This document shows, piece by piece, positions 13,369 to 25,639 of a DNA stretch of 64,000 bases (positions within the stretch are counted from its first letter, which is position 1; each line of letters opens with the position of its first letter). The notes under the pieces are model-generated. The model was not told where the DNA came from. It did not search any database and worked only from the letters and a program-made list of their open reading frames with translations. The translations under genes and the position numbers were made by a program. Origin of the DNA: the human T2T-CHM13v2.0 reference genome, Homo sapiens; the NCBI RefSeq assembly GCF_009914755.1, contig NC_060942.1. One strand, given 5' to 3'.

Positions 13369-13394
13369 CAAGTTCTGCTTTCTTGTAGAATCAA

Positions 13395-13535
13395 AGAAGC
13401 TTAGAGCTGGGGAAGGGTGGGGAATCCACAATGAAACATTCTAATCCTCAACTTCCTTTTTTTTAACATGAGGATCTGAATGCATGTTAGACTAGTTAAG
13501 TGACCGATCCAGGTTCACAGAGCTGTCTGGGGCTA
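13395..13535 (-). mobile_element. MIR fragment
   Basis: TTAACATGAGGATCTGA...GTTAAGTGACCGATCCAGGTTCACAGAGCT, antisense MIR core. Confidence 0.55.
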
Positions 13536-13564
13536 GCATCCATTCATTGACTAACTTAAGAAAT

Positions 13565-14883
13565 GTCTTTTTCTTGTAAATTTGTTTAAGTTCTTTGTAG
13601 ATTCTGGATATTAGCCCTTTGTCAGATGGATAGATTGCAAAAATTTTCCTCCCATTCTGTAGGTTGCCTGTTCACTCTGCTGATAGTTTCTTTTGCTATG
13701 CAAAAGCTCTTTAGTTTAATTAGATCCCATTTGTCAATTTGGCTTCTGTTCCCATTGCTTTTGGTATTTTAGACATGAAGTCTTTTCCCATGCCTATGTC
13801 CTGAATGGTATTGCCTAGGTTTTCTTAGAGGATTTTTATGGTTTTAGGTCTTACATTTAAGTCTTTAATCCACCTTGAGTTAATTTTTGTATAAGGTGTA
13901 CGGAAGGGGTCCAGTTTCAGTTTTCTGCATATGGCTAGCCAGTTTTCCCAATGCCATTTATTAAATAGGGAATCCTTTCCCCATTTCTTGTTTTTGTCAG
14001 GTTTGTCAAAGAGCAGGTGGTTATAGATGTGTGGCGTTATTTCTGAGGCCTCTGTTGTGTTCCATTGGTCTATATATCTGTTTTGGTACCAGTACCATGC
14101 TGTTTTGGTTACTGTAGCCTTGTAGTATAGTTTGAAGTCAGGTAGCGTGATGCCTCCAGCTTTGATCCTTTTGCTTAGGATTGTCTTGGCAGTGCAGGCT
14201 CTTTTTTGGTTCCATATGAAGTTTAAAGTAGTTTTTTCCAATTCTGTGAAAAAGGTCAATGGTAGCTTAATGGGGATAGAATTGAATCTGTAAATTACTA
14301 TGGGCAGTATGGCCATTTTCACAATATTGATTTGACCCAGCAATCCCATAACTGGGTATATACCCAAAGGATTATAAATCATTCTACTATAAAGACACAT
14401 GTACACACATGTTTATTGCAGCACTATTCACAATAGCAAAGACTTGGAACCAGCCCAAATGTCCATCCACAATAGACTGGAGAAAGAAAATGTGGCACAT
14501 ATACACCATGGAATACTATGCAGCCATAAAGTAGGATGAGTTCATGTCCTTCACAGGGACATGGAGGAAGCTGGAAACCATCATTCTCAGCAAACAACAC
14601 AGGAACAGAAAACCAAACACCACATGTTCTCACTCACAAGTGGGAGTTGAACAATGAGAACACATGGACACAGGGAGGGGAACATCACACACCAGGACCT
14701 GTCAGAGGGTGGGGGGCTAGGGGAAGGATAGCATTAGGAGAAATAACTAATGTAGGTGATGGGTTGATGGGTGCAGCAAACCACCATGGCACGTGTATAC
14801 CTACGTAACAAAACTGCACATTCTGCCATGTACCCCAGAACTTAAAGCATAATAATAATAATAATAATAAAGTAAAAAAAAAA
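13565..14883 (+). mobile_element. 5'-truncated, 5'-inverted L1PA (L1PA7-like) insertion
   Basis: 13565-14332 is antisense ORF2 (ORF 13825..14406: KMAILP...[29 protein letters not shown]). 14330-14850 is the sense ORF2 end and 3'UTR, followed by an (AAT)n/A tail. ATT microhomology at the junction. Confidence 0.92.
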
Positions 14884-15210
14884 TCTATTGAGCATTTGCT
14901 GCATCTTCTGTTTTAGACATTGGGACTAGAGTAATGAACAAAAGTGACAGTGTCTGTGGTCTCATGGAACTTACATTCTAGTGTAAGAAGGCAGCAATCC
15001 TATAAACAGTTGAACACAGATACATTTACGTATATTAGACAAAAGCTATGAAAAACTTGAAGCAAGATATAGGAGAAAGAGTGATGGAGTGAGAAATGGG
15101 TATTTTCTTATTGTAAGATGGTTGTGAAGGGATTTCTGGTAAGGGGGCTTTGAGCACACACCTAAAGTAAAGGAAAGAGGAAGTCTTGTGAATGAGGGTG
15201 CTGGGAGTTA
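14884..15210 (-). mobile_element. L2 (antisense), host of the inverted L1
   Basis: CATTCATT (13541)...[L1]...CTATTGAGCATTTGCT...CTCATGGAACTTACATTCTAGTG is the continuous antisense L2 3' end. Confidence 0.7.
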
Positions 15211-15219
15211 GTTCTAGAC

Positions 15220-15437
15220 CAGTTAATAGTGTTCACTTGGGCACTATTAACATTTTGGTTTGGGTAACTCTTTACTCTGGGGGCTCACCTGTGCATTGTA
15301 GAATGTTTAGAAGCTCCCTGGCCTCTACCTAAGGGGTGCTGGTAGTACCTCCCTCCCAGCTGTGACGATCAAAAGTGTCCCCAGACATAGCCAAATGCCC
15401 CCTGGGGGCTAAAATCATCCCCTGTTCAGAACCACAG
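15220..15437. mobile_element. MER20 hAT-Charlie MITE
   Basis: 218 bp with CTGTGCATTGTAGAATGTTTAG...CCCTGGCCTCTACC...CCAGACATAGCCAAATGCCCCCTGGGGG. Flanked by TTCTAGAC / GGCTAGGC (Charlie NTCTAGAN target). Confidence 0.85.
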
Positions 15438-16596
15438 GGCTAGGCAGAGGAAGAGGAAGAGGAAGTGCTAAGTCTCCAGTCAGGCTTCTCATAACTCAGA
15501 GCAGCACCATCTGCGACCATTCATCCCAGCTCATTCTAAGCACCCAGAGCTCTGCAGAGTCAGTGCCCCCAGGGGATGCTGTTTGTCCTCTTATCCATTT
15601 TATGCTGGCTGTTAGTCTCCTTGCATCCACAACAGCAAAAGCTCCCTGAAGGCAGGAGTCCAGCCTTACACCTCTGTTCCTGTAGAGGCCTGGGCTCCTC
15701 AGTAAGGTGGCTGCATGTCTGCACCTCCCATCTGCTCCTCCATGGTGAAGACACTCTCTCCAAGTGCTCAGGGATTGGGGCCAGCTCTAAGAGAGCAATG
15801 TGTTCTCACACTGCAGCCCAGTCCATGTCTCCAGTGAATTACCCTCTCCACGTACTGGAGGACGTGTAGCTTTCTCAAAGGGATGGCTTGTGATGAAAGT
15901 TCACCTTCCACTCAATTAACCTTGAGAGAGTGGTGTTTTTTTCCTTTTCTTCCCCAAGAGACTTTTTTTTTTTTTTTGGATGACCTTTTTGAAGCATCTT
16001 ATTTTCTGGGCAAAAAGCCAAATGATATACTCTCTTCCCAGCTGCAGGGCTGTTGCAGATTTTCAAAGCTGAGGTAAAGACAGCCTTTGGAATAAATGCA
16101 AGTTGGGCAGTAGGGTTGGGAAGCATGAGGAAATGCTTTATTATTCCACCCAAGATGTGCCTGGAGGGACGGAGCCTTTGTAGAGGACATCCCTGCAGGA
16201 CCCACAAGATACAGGGACCTGGAGACCTCAGGGCTGCCAGGATCTCCTCCTAGTTAGGGAGCACACAGCAATACAAATTAAAAAAAAATCAATTCCACTT
16301 TGGGTGAAAGTTGAATATTAGTAAGTTATAACAAAGCACATTTTGCCTAGTACTTTGTAGTATACGAAGGTTTTTTTAATATTTAATCTCATTGAGTCTC
16401 AGATTCAGCTACCAAATAAGACTAAATCTTATTTAAGACTGGATCAATAGAGTACAGTAAACAACTATAGCCCTTTTTCAGCCAGTTTGCTGGACAATGG
16501 TTCCTGAAAGCCCCCCTACCATCCCAGACGTACAGCATCTCTGGTTTGAGGCATGTCCCTGGTGGTGGATTTAGAGAGAAGCAACATGCAGGGGGT

Positions 16597-16735
16597 CTCC
16601 AAAGTCAACTGCATATATGTGCAGAGGGGAACAAATAAAAGAACCCAAACCAGCTCCATTTCCCCATGGAGCCTCAGTGTTGGTAGCTCATAGCTCGGGT
16701 AGCAAAGGGAGTTTCATAAAAGTGGCGAGGCTTGC
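16597..16735 (+). repeat. Copy A of an unclassified dispersed direct repeat (copy B 24479-24611)
   Basis: Manual alignment gives about 108/127 identical aligned positions, mostly transitions. Confidence 0.85.
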
Positions 16736-16914
16736 TTTGAATTGCAGTTGGGCCACATTTCTCAAGCCCAGAGGCATTTGAGAGTTCTAAAATCCTAGGA
16801 GCAGTGTTTGAAAGCAACAAGTTAGAGAGGGTCACTGGTAGTGACCTGTTTGGGGACCAGGACATTGTGACTGGCAATCAGAAAGGTTATGGAGGTTAAA
16901 AAAAAAAAAAAAGG

Positions 16915-17075
16915 AAATCTGCATGGCCAAGAACACAGGCTCAGGAGCTGGACTGCCTGGCTTTCCTGTTCTGACTTTACCACTTACTACCTGTGTGTCC
17001 TTGGGCAGGTCACTACCTAATTGTGCGTCTGTCTAAACCATCTGTAAAATGGAGATCATGAGAGCAGCTACCCCC
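16915..17075 (+). mobile_element. MIR
   Basis: CCACTTACTACCTGTGTGTCCTTGGGCAGGTCACT...CATCTGTAAAATGGAGAT. Confidence 0.75.
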
Positions 17076-17829
17076 GGGGCTGGGGCGGTGGGAGGAGAAG
17101 AAGCATCCTGGAGTCAGATGCTGTCCTATGGGGAGACGAGTGTCAAGAATCAGGGAGGAAAGTTGCTGGGAGAGGTGACAGGGAAGCTGCAGACACACAC
17201 ATGTGAGCCTTCGTAGGAGAATGGTGTTGGAAAAAAAATGCTGATGTGACATTGGGATTTTGTTCTGAATGTGAGGTAATAGCAAAGAGCCTGGGCTGGG
17301 GATTTCAGGCCTCATCCCTGAAGGGAGATAGACAGAGAAGAAATGCCTGCCCAAGGGAAGCACTGCTGCCTAGCACCTGCCATCTGCAGCCCCTAGAGTG
17401 GAGCCAACAAAAGCTGGGCAGCACAAAGGAGCTTTCTGGAAAGGGTTTGCAGCAACAGGCATTAATATAAAAGCATCTCGTAAGTCCTGGCTCCTCTCAT
17501 TAGTCTCCATTTGCTGTCACAGGGGTCAAGGACCAGTGATTTGTCTTCCATGAAAATGTTCTTCTTGGAACATTAGGAAAGGGAAACTGGCATCACAGGA
17601 AAACCCAGAGTGGCCTACAGCTATTTGGCAGGGTACCCCACACTCGGGGTAACACTCAGGGAAAGAAGTCTTTCCTTCTGGCTGTGTGGGCTCCACACTC
17701 CCAAATCTCTCTACTCCCACACTTAAAAGTCTCCGTTTTCTCTCTGTGACATCATGCTTGAAATGATTAGCTATTGATGCATTTGATTTTATAAATGCCT
17801 CTCCTGGCCCATCAGCCATTTCTACTTCA

Positions 17830-17990
17830 GTGGATTAAGTTATAACTGGAAGAAAGCTTAGAACCTATCTAGTCCAGCCTCCTCTTTTCACAGAAGGGGA
17901 AACTAAGATGCAGAGAGAATTTTAAAATTGCCCAAGGGCAATTTTACTAGCCACATGACAGCCTCTGAGTCCCAGTGTCCTCAAACATTT
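17830..17990 (-). mobile_element. MIR/MIR3 fragment
   Basis: TCTAGTCCAGCCTCCTCTTTTCACAGAAGGGGAAACTAAG...TTGCCCAAGG. Confidence 0.6.
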
Positions 17991-20900
17991 GTGGATCTGT
18001 GACAGAGAGAGTGAGGGTAGAGTCACATGTCAACAGACACCCGAATGAAACTTCCTCAAGACTTTTCACAATTCCACTAAAGTTGGAGAATTTACAAGTG
18101 GTTTGGTGCAATGAATATACTGATGTACCGAAAGCTATACTTTGGAGGTAAAAATGACAGTAAAATAGGACAACGATAATAAGGTGCTCTCTAGAAAGCC
18201 AGGGGAAGTCCTGAGATGGAGGGACAATGTGTGGCAGTCCATTCTGAATAAGGGCTGATTTTCAGAGATCCCTGAGTTTGTCAGTGCAGGACATCTGCTG
18301 AGTAGTTCCATAAGAGTAATATTAGAATCCAAACTCTCCCCAGCAATGGAAAGGGCACCAGCCAAGCTTGGAGACACTCATTTGCCCTTCACCACCCCCT
18401 GCCAGGGATCCCCTTTCCAAGCGCTAAGCAAATGAGAGTCTTTGGGTGGAGACAGAGAGGGCCTACTTGTCAGCCCCAAAGCAAGAGTGCCCCGGCAACT
18501 GGGACATTTGCTGAGCTCCATCTCTGTAGACTTTGGCTTATTCGACCTTGTCTCCACGTGCTGTAGAGGAGGATAAAACTCTGTGCTGTTGTGCCCTCAC
18601 CTCCCTATTTCAAAGAGACTTTACCCTTCAGAGAGCTTCCCACTTGGCCACACTGGGGGAGGTTGCTGTGATGTCATACAAACGTCCAGTGTGTCTTCTC
18701 TGCCTCAAAGAAGGTGTGTGACTTTCAGCACACCACCTCCTTGTCTGGGCCTTAGTTCTCTCAACCAAGAAGAAAGGAAGGTGAGCAGCTGGACTGAAAG
18801 CATATACCTCCTGCAGCCTGCTATTCCCGGGGCCTCGCCCAGTTCCTGGTGCACCAGCCTGCTCAGAAAGCACACACAGAATCGGGACATCTCCAGCCCC
18901 CTCCTGGCCTGACATTCAGAGACTAGGTTTGGAAACTAAAAGCTCTCATGCTATGGCCTTTCTCATTTAAGTTTGTGGCTTCGATCATGCCTTTGAGGGT
19001 AGCATCCCCATTTATAAGAACCTATAAACACGTTGAAAGCGTGGCCTGACTCTGCTGTAAGAAAAACAAATTTGAGAAAACAGCAGAGACCTGGAGATGG
19101 TTGCATTCAGCCCAAACATCCTCAACCTCCCCTTTGCCACATCTCCTTCCTCAAAACCTTAGCCCATTTCCCACCAGGTACCTGGGGCTCTCATGTTGCC
19201 CCATCCAGGTCCAATCTTTTTGGTCAGCACCCAATATCCCGGACTCTTCCAGCTTCCTTTAGTACTTAAAACTGCTCTCTAAGATAGAGCCATTGGGTTC
19301 TGAGAGATTGAGTTTCCACTGGCATGAAGATGTGAGTGATCTATTCCATTCTCAAGCATATTCCCACCTGAAAGGAAATAATGCTGCCTTCACCCAATGA
19401 TGGCTCTACCATGGCACCATTTCAGGCAGCCACCAAAGCCAGGCAAAGGAGAGGAGGTAGAAGATGAGACTCCTTACTGATGGTCCTCTGTGAATCACAC
19501 ACTGACTCTTCACCCAATCTACCCACCACCACCTCCATGCTGCAGCACCCTCCCAATGAAGTCTTCCTATTCAGGTGCTATCCCCACATGTACACACTAG
19601 GGCTGCCCAGTCCACCTTGCAGAAGGGTTAGCCCAGAATTTGAGATTCAAGGGACCTTCCTGACTGTTCCTGAAAGCCCTTCATGATAGAAGAATTTTCC
19701 TCTGTGAAACTCCCAACTTATGGGAAAATAGGGTTGGCAGGTCTGAACTGTAAGAGAAGCTAAGAAAGCCTTAATAAAGTTCACTCTACCCAACAACAAA
19801 TGCTACGTGCTAAATAAAGGAAATATCACTAACATTTCATGTATCTTAAATTAGTAATAATGGGCCCTAATGAGTTCTGTACTATTAATTCCATTTACAA
19901 TCCCTCTCTCCTTGGCAACTTTTCATGTTCTTCCTCCCCTGCAGTTTTAATGCGATACATGTAAATCCATTTTGCTTTGTGGCAGAAAATATTCACCCTA
20001 AGAAGCACTTAAAATGAGTAGGCCTTGACCTTGGGTGTCTTTAAGATTTTATTGGCTTCTGCCTCCTGGGTTTCACAGTGTGACTTAGAAGCTGGAAGGA
20101 AAAAAGGCTTTGACTCACCTTTATTTGACTTGTTTGGTGAAGCTGAGTAGGTGTTGTATGAACCCCTTCTCAATACCTGGTGTCCTAAGTCCAGGCACCT
20201 GACCCAACCTTTCCTATGAGATCTCAGCTCCCACTCCCTCACAAAGGCCATCTGAGGCCAAGATTATTTTCTACAATTCCTTTTCATTGCCCCCCAAAAC
20301 TCACTCCTCCCTTCCACCCAATTTGCCCCTATTTTCTATTTTCTACTCCACCTTTCCCATGTCCTTCAGTTTCTTACTTTTCCCAATACTGAAAATTGCA
20401 GGTCACAGTGGCTCAAACAGAGGTAAACCTAAGCCTACTAGAATCTTGTATTGCATTGGGAAAACTTGCATTGGGGAAAGCATCATTGTGGTTACCTTTC
20501 AGAGATACTCCTTTGCATTAGGGAACACTGGACCATGTGAGGATGAACCTAGGTGGATAGGAGCTGCCTAGGTTGGGTGTAATTGAGCAATTAATTAGTG
20601 AGAATTGCATTTCTCTTTCTTCCTCCCCTGCAAAGGACAGCATCCTGACCATCTTTTAGAAGCTCTAGACTACAATCTATTCCTTAGAACCTCATCTATT
20701 TTATGGAACAAAGCTCTGGGACCTGTCCCTCCAGTCTGCTAGAAAGGCTCCCATAGATATTTGAGATCAAAGTGCCTAGAATAGTTTCAGCTCTGTAAAG
20801 AGGTCGTTCTGAAGCAAAATCCATGTGCACAGTCAGAATCAGCCTCATATTTAGACAGAGCCCATCATTGCCTGTGTGATATGACATGAAGGGCAACAAA

Positions 20901-21879
20901 AAGGCCTTGAAATTCTGCCCAAACTTACTTCTCTCACAAGTGCCTAAAATTGCATCGTTTGAGCATAATCATATATTTGGGTTAAGGAGAATTACTCATC
21001 TTCAGCATTTTTTAAAAAGAGACAACAATTTATAAAAGATTGCAACTCATCAATTCTTCGTAATTACTGTGAATTAATGCTAGATTGTTTTCCTCCCTGG
21101 GAGAGTCTGAGGTGATGTGGGGCCTGGGATTATTGCAGGTGGGAATTGAAAAGGGAAGACGTGGTAGGAGGGATGCAGAGGGTGGAGCAGAAAGCGTAAG
21201 AAACAAACTGCACAGTTTTCCTAGTTGCCAGTGCTACCTGGAAGAAACCTGGCCCTCTCCAAGCACCAGAAAACATCGAGTTATCATTGAATGAGTGAAA
21301 AACCCCAAACAAAACCAATCAATGTTTCTGTTTTCATAATTCCATAGAAAACAACGTTTCTTTTTCCCTCTTCAGCAGTTTCAAACACAGGGCAAATATT
21401 TTCATACTACTCTATAAATCTAGATTCTGTTGAACTACAGGGAATTTCCTCTTCAACTGTCCCCCATAACAGCATCAAAAAGGAAAATAAAACCTCAGTA
21501 CAAAAGGCATAGACTTTTAGAGCCAGCCAACTTGCGGGAACCAAGCCCTGGTTTCCATGGAGAGTCCACGGGCCAGAGACTTGCATTCCGAGCAGGCAAG
21601 GGACTTGTACACTGTCTAGCAGGGCCCATAAATTCCCTAGCTTTAGGGTCCCCTCGTGATGCTGCCAGGCAGGAGGCATATATTGTCCACTAGAGTCTGA
21701 GGGTTCTGAGATATGTGATTTGAAACGGAGCAGAGAAAGAGTGTAGTCAGGGAGGCTGTTCTGCCTCAGTGACTGTTCCAGGTAATTGAAATGTATCCCT
21801 TTAAGTACAGGGATAATTCTGAAATTTTAATTATTTAGTAGGAAAGCTTTCTAATCAGCAGTGTATACTTCCTTGAGAG

Positions 21880-22130
21880 CCACGTGGTAGATGGAGCAGC
21901 TTTGGAAACAGGCGGCTTGACACTTGAATCCCAGTTCTACAGTTACAATCTGAATCAATCTGGTTTTGCATTTTTTTTAATTTTTTTGTTTTGTTTTAAC
22001 ATCTTTGGACTTTAATTTCCTCACCTGCAAAATGGGAGAATGCCTACTTTGCAGATTTTTGTAAAATAGAAGTGAGGCACTTAGCAAACTGCTTGTCACC
22101 TGCTAAGCACTCAATATATGGCCTCTATTA
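21880..22130 (+). mobile_element. MIR
   Basis: TTGAATCCCAGTTCTAC...TTTCCTCACCTGCAAAATGGG...TAAGCACTCAATA. Confidence 0.7.
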
Positions 22131-22464
22131 TCATGACACCATTATGATGATTTCTCTCCTTTTAAAACGAAATATGCTGAATGTATGTTAACTTTTTGTT
22201 TCCCTCGGAGTGATCAATGTCCATTCTTATAATGTGCTCTGATACAGAATATCTTTGGAAGCCCAGGAAGTATACAGGCAGGTTCAGCCCACCCCAACCC
22301 CTGACGCAATAACCAGTTCCATCTTCTCCTACTCACATGGTGGCTCTGCTGTCCCTTTCTTCCATGAACCAGGGACCATGAGTTCACTGTAGAAAGCCTG
22401 TACTCCCTTTGCTACCTTAATCTGGGTTCCCTGTAAATTGGGCAAAGGGGGAGGCAGTTGGGTA

Positions 22465-22705
22465 GCCTGGTGTGGAGCAGTGATAAGCTTTGTCATTTGA
22501 AAGCCTGAACACGACACCCAGCAGCTTGACCCACCAGCTGTGTGACGTTGGTCTCCCAAATGTTCAGTTAGGGACACAGATGACAAAGATGATCCCTACT
22601 TAATGGGGTGATGGTGAGGATTAAGGGAGATGATGAGGGGGGAGCCTCTAACATAGCATCTCATGCACTGTAGATGCTCGATAAATGACAGCTGCCATTA
22701 TTACG
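22465..22705 (+). mobile_element. MIR
   Basis: CCAGCTGTGTGACGTTGG...GTGAGGATTAAGGGAGATGAT...TAGATGCTCGATAAATG. Confidence 0.65.
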
Positions 22706-23279
22706 TAAAGGCCACATTGCGAAAAGCAAGGCCATTTATCTACATCTTCACATTTGACACATGCAGGGAGCATGGGTGGTTGTAGCCAGGTTTGTAGGAC
22801 ATTCTAGAATCCTTCAGTCATCTTTTTGTGTGTGTGCATGCTTCCGTTTCTGGCTGGGGTTTTCCCAGTGTTGCATGAGGCAGTACCACAGTGCACAGAG
22901 GTGAATCCCTAGTGGGCAGGTGGTGAGCCAGTCACTGAACCCTATGGACATGAAGATCTCCTAGTGAGAGTGTGTGGATATGGGCTAACCTGCCATGTAA
23001 TAAGCCCGTGACACATGGCAGACCCTTGGCAAAAGGCTCGTTGAACATGATTAAGCACTTTATGACAGGGCTTTGCCTCCGTATTGATGAAAGCAGTGTC
23101 CCTGCTCAGAGCCAGCTGAAAAGGCTCAAATCAGTCCAGGAGGATTAGCCCTGCCCACCCTATTTCTAATTTTTCTGATTACCAGGATGTTTTGCAAGGT
23201 TAGTAGACTGGTTGGAAGAACATACTTTAAAATAAATGAGATACAAGAACGCTAACGCCTAACAACCAAATGGTCTGGG

Positions 23280-23545
23280 CAGAATCATTTGTCTTCCTGG
23301 AAGCTCAGTTTCCTCCCTTGTTAAAGGATAATAATTCCACCATGTCTACCCAACAGAAGTAGTGGGGTGAAGAGTAAAACGAACATTTCCTCAGGAACCT
23401 AAATATCTGAGTTCTTGTCTGGTCTTTGCTACCAACTAACTGTCTGATTTAGGGTAACTTAGCTTCTCTGGACCTCAAATTTCCCATCTCTGAGATAAAT
23501 GGTTTGGATTAAATAACCTCACAAGTCTCTGTCAGCTCTGAAACC
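23280..23545 (+). mobile_element. MIR / MIR3 fragments
   Basis: CTCAGTTTCCTCCCTTGTTAAA; ACTAACTGTCTGATTTAGGGTAACTTAGCTTCTCTGGACCTCA...GGTTTGGATTAAAT. Confidence 0.6.
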
Positions 23546-24478
23546 CCATGGACCTCTGAGAGAGAGTGTGTCAGGTCATAGCTGTGACTCTGTTTACAGA
23601 ACTGCACAGCATCCTATAAATGTAAGGTCAGCTCCCACCTGGTACCTAGCGTACTGTCAACGTTCAATGAAGTCTTGTGGATGAATTAGTTATATTGTGT
23701 CAAATAAGATAGATTCAAAAGCCACTTTTGAAAAAAAGAAGCAAAGAAATAAAGCCCGGCATGAGTGGCAGATGTTCAGGTGGAGAGGGCCAGTGCTGTG
23801 TGTAATTTCGTGTAATTTCTATTTTTTGCTGCTCTTTGCCTGCCTTTGTGGAATGCTAGAAAGTCTAGAGGGACATTTGCAAATCTGCCCACTGTCAGTT
23901 CCACTCGTAGAGCAGTCCATCTTCTTGGGAGTGCGTGTGACCTTTGCAGGTTGTCGCATCCTGGGCACGGCACCAAGTGATCCTCCAAGGGGGCTGGTGT
24001 GGAGGAGCAGGCCCTGAGCCGTGGGGTGGTACAAGCGGCAGTTTCTGGGCCCAATGCCAACCTCCAGATAATTGCCGGCAGCAGGAGAGAGATGGTGGAG
24101 GTTGGCAGAGCCTGTCTCTGACAGATAGATTGTCCCCTTCTCACCGTGACAGCATCATGGCAGTGAGAAGGAAAGCCAAAATGCAGGCAGGCAGGAGAGA
24201 AGTAGGGAAGGGCACAAGGAAAGGGGCAGCCTCAGAAGGAGAGAGACAGAAACAGACAATGGAAGGGACAGCTAGAGAAATAATAGGAAGACAAGAGATG
24301 GTGGTCACACAGGTACCAGCTAAAGAGAGAAAAAACACATACAGAGTGAGACAGAGGAGGGTCAGAGACAGAGAGAAATGCAGAAAGAAACGGAGAAAAG
24401 AAAACACTATCTCTGTCACAGTGTCATCCCCTTGCAAACCTCTGGAGATATTTGGGGGTTCAGTGAGAGAAGCAGTGC

Positions 24479-24611
24479 CTCCAGAATCAATTGCATATGT
24501 GTGCAGAGGGGAAAATAAAAGAAAGCACCCAAACAGCTCCATTTCCTCATGGAGCTGCACTGTTGGCAGTTGTGGTAACAAAGAGGGTTTTGTGAAAGCA
24601 GCCAGGCTTGC
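24479..24611 (+). repeat. Copy B of the unclassified dispersed direct repeat
   Basis: Homologous to 16597-16735. Contains the perfect inverted repeat CAGCTCCAT-N6-ATGGAGCTG. Confidence 0.85.
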
Positions 24612-24765
24612 CTCCCATCCCAATTTTCTATCATCTCTCCAAGGCCCAGGACAGGGCAGTGAAGGGCATGGGCCAGTAGTCCATGATGGAGGTGATCTTT
24701 TCTTCCCTCCTCCTCTGGCCTCCCAAAGCAGAAAGTATCTTGTCATCCCACACCTGGGCCCGAAG

Positions 24766-24830
24766 CCTCCCTCCCTCCCTTCATCCATCCATCCATGCAT
24801 GCATCCATCCATCCTTCTCCTCCTCCCTTC
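24766..24830 (+). repeat. (CCCT)n/(CCAT)n low-complexity tract
   Basis: CCTCCCTCCCTCCCTTCATCCATCCATCCATGCATGCATCCATCCATCC. Confidence 0.8.
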
Positions 24831-25164
24831 CTCAGGGCCCTATCTCAAGAAAACCATGAAAGCATGCCTGGGACAATGGACTCCCAAAATCAGTCAGCTA
24901 GGAGCCCACCTGACCCAGGAAATGCTTTCCTAGAGGTAGAGCAGCTGTGGCGAGGGGTAAGCTATGACGGGAGGAGCAGCCAACTGCCTGGCTGGCTGAG
25001 AGACAGCCATAGGGGAGGACTCTGGAAGGGCATGGATGCGTTGGAAACCACATTGCTAAGTATAAAATGGAGAAAAGTGTCACGTTGCAAATATAAGAGA
25101 TGTCTGCTGGACAGAAAAAAAAAAAGTGTCCTCCTGACTTCCTAGGTAGCCCAAGACCTGTTAA

Positions 25165-25322
25165 TAACAAAAACAACAACCAACACTTACTGAGTGCTTT
25201 AAATAATGCTGGGCATTGGGTTAAACTATAGATTTTATCAGCCATGCCCCACAAGGTCTGTGGCATAGAGCATATGGGATTTGTGATGGGAGAAAGTGAG
25301 GATTATTATCCCCAATTTGCAA
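25165..25322 (-). mobile_element. MIR carrying a 33-bp foreign insert
   Basis: AACACTTACTGAGTGCTT...TGCTGGGCATTG...CCCCACAA...[insert]...GATTATTATCCCCAATTTGCA. Confidence 0.65.
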
Positions 25323-25639
25323 CGAGCCCTGCAGCCTGATTCTATGTGCTTATCTCGGTCAGGTCACAGTTGATCGTTTTGCACTAATTTACACAGATTT
25401 ATTCATGTATTATATTACCTGGACATCCACTTTGTGTGAGACTGCTAGGATATGGTTGACTATGAGTACAGAGGGGTGTGGTAGAAAAGAAGGGGGTAGA
25501 GGGAAAAGATGATGGACAAAGACAAAGAGAGGCAGAAGGAGGCCTGCACCCAGGAAACCTAGAGTCTGCCAGAGAAGGGAGGGCATGTGCATCAGTAACT
25601 GGTATCAGTACAAGTTAGAGAGCATGAAGGCTGAAGAAT

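Noticed and set aside
22990-23021. Inverted repeat CTGCCATGT-N14-ACATGGCAG
   Set aside because: A single 9-bp stem is expected by chance in 64 kb. It has no second copy or supporting motif.
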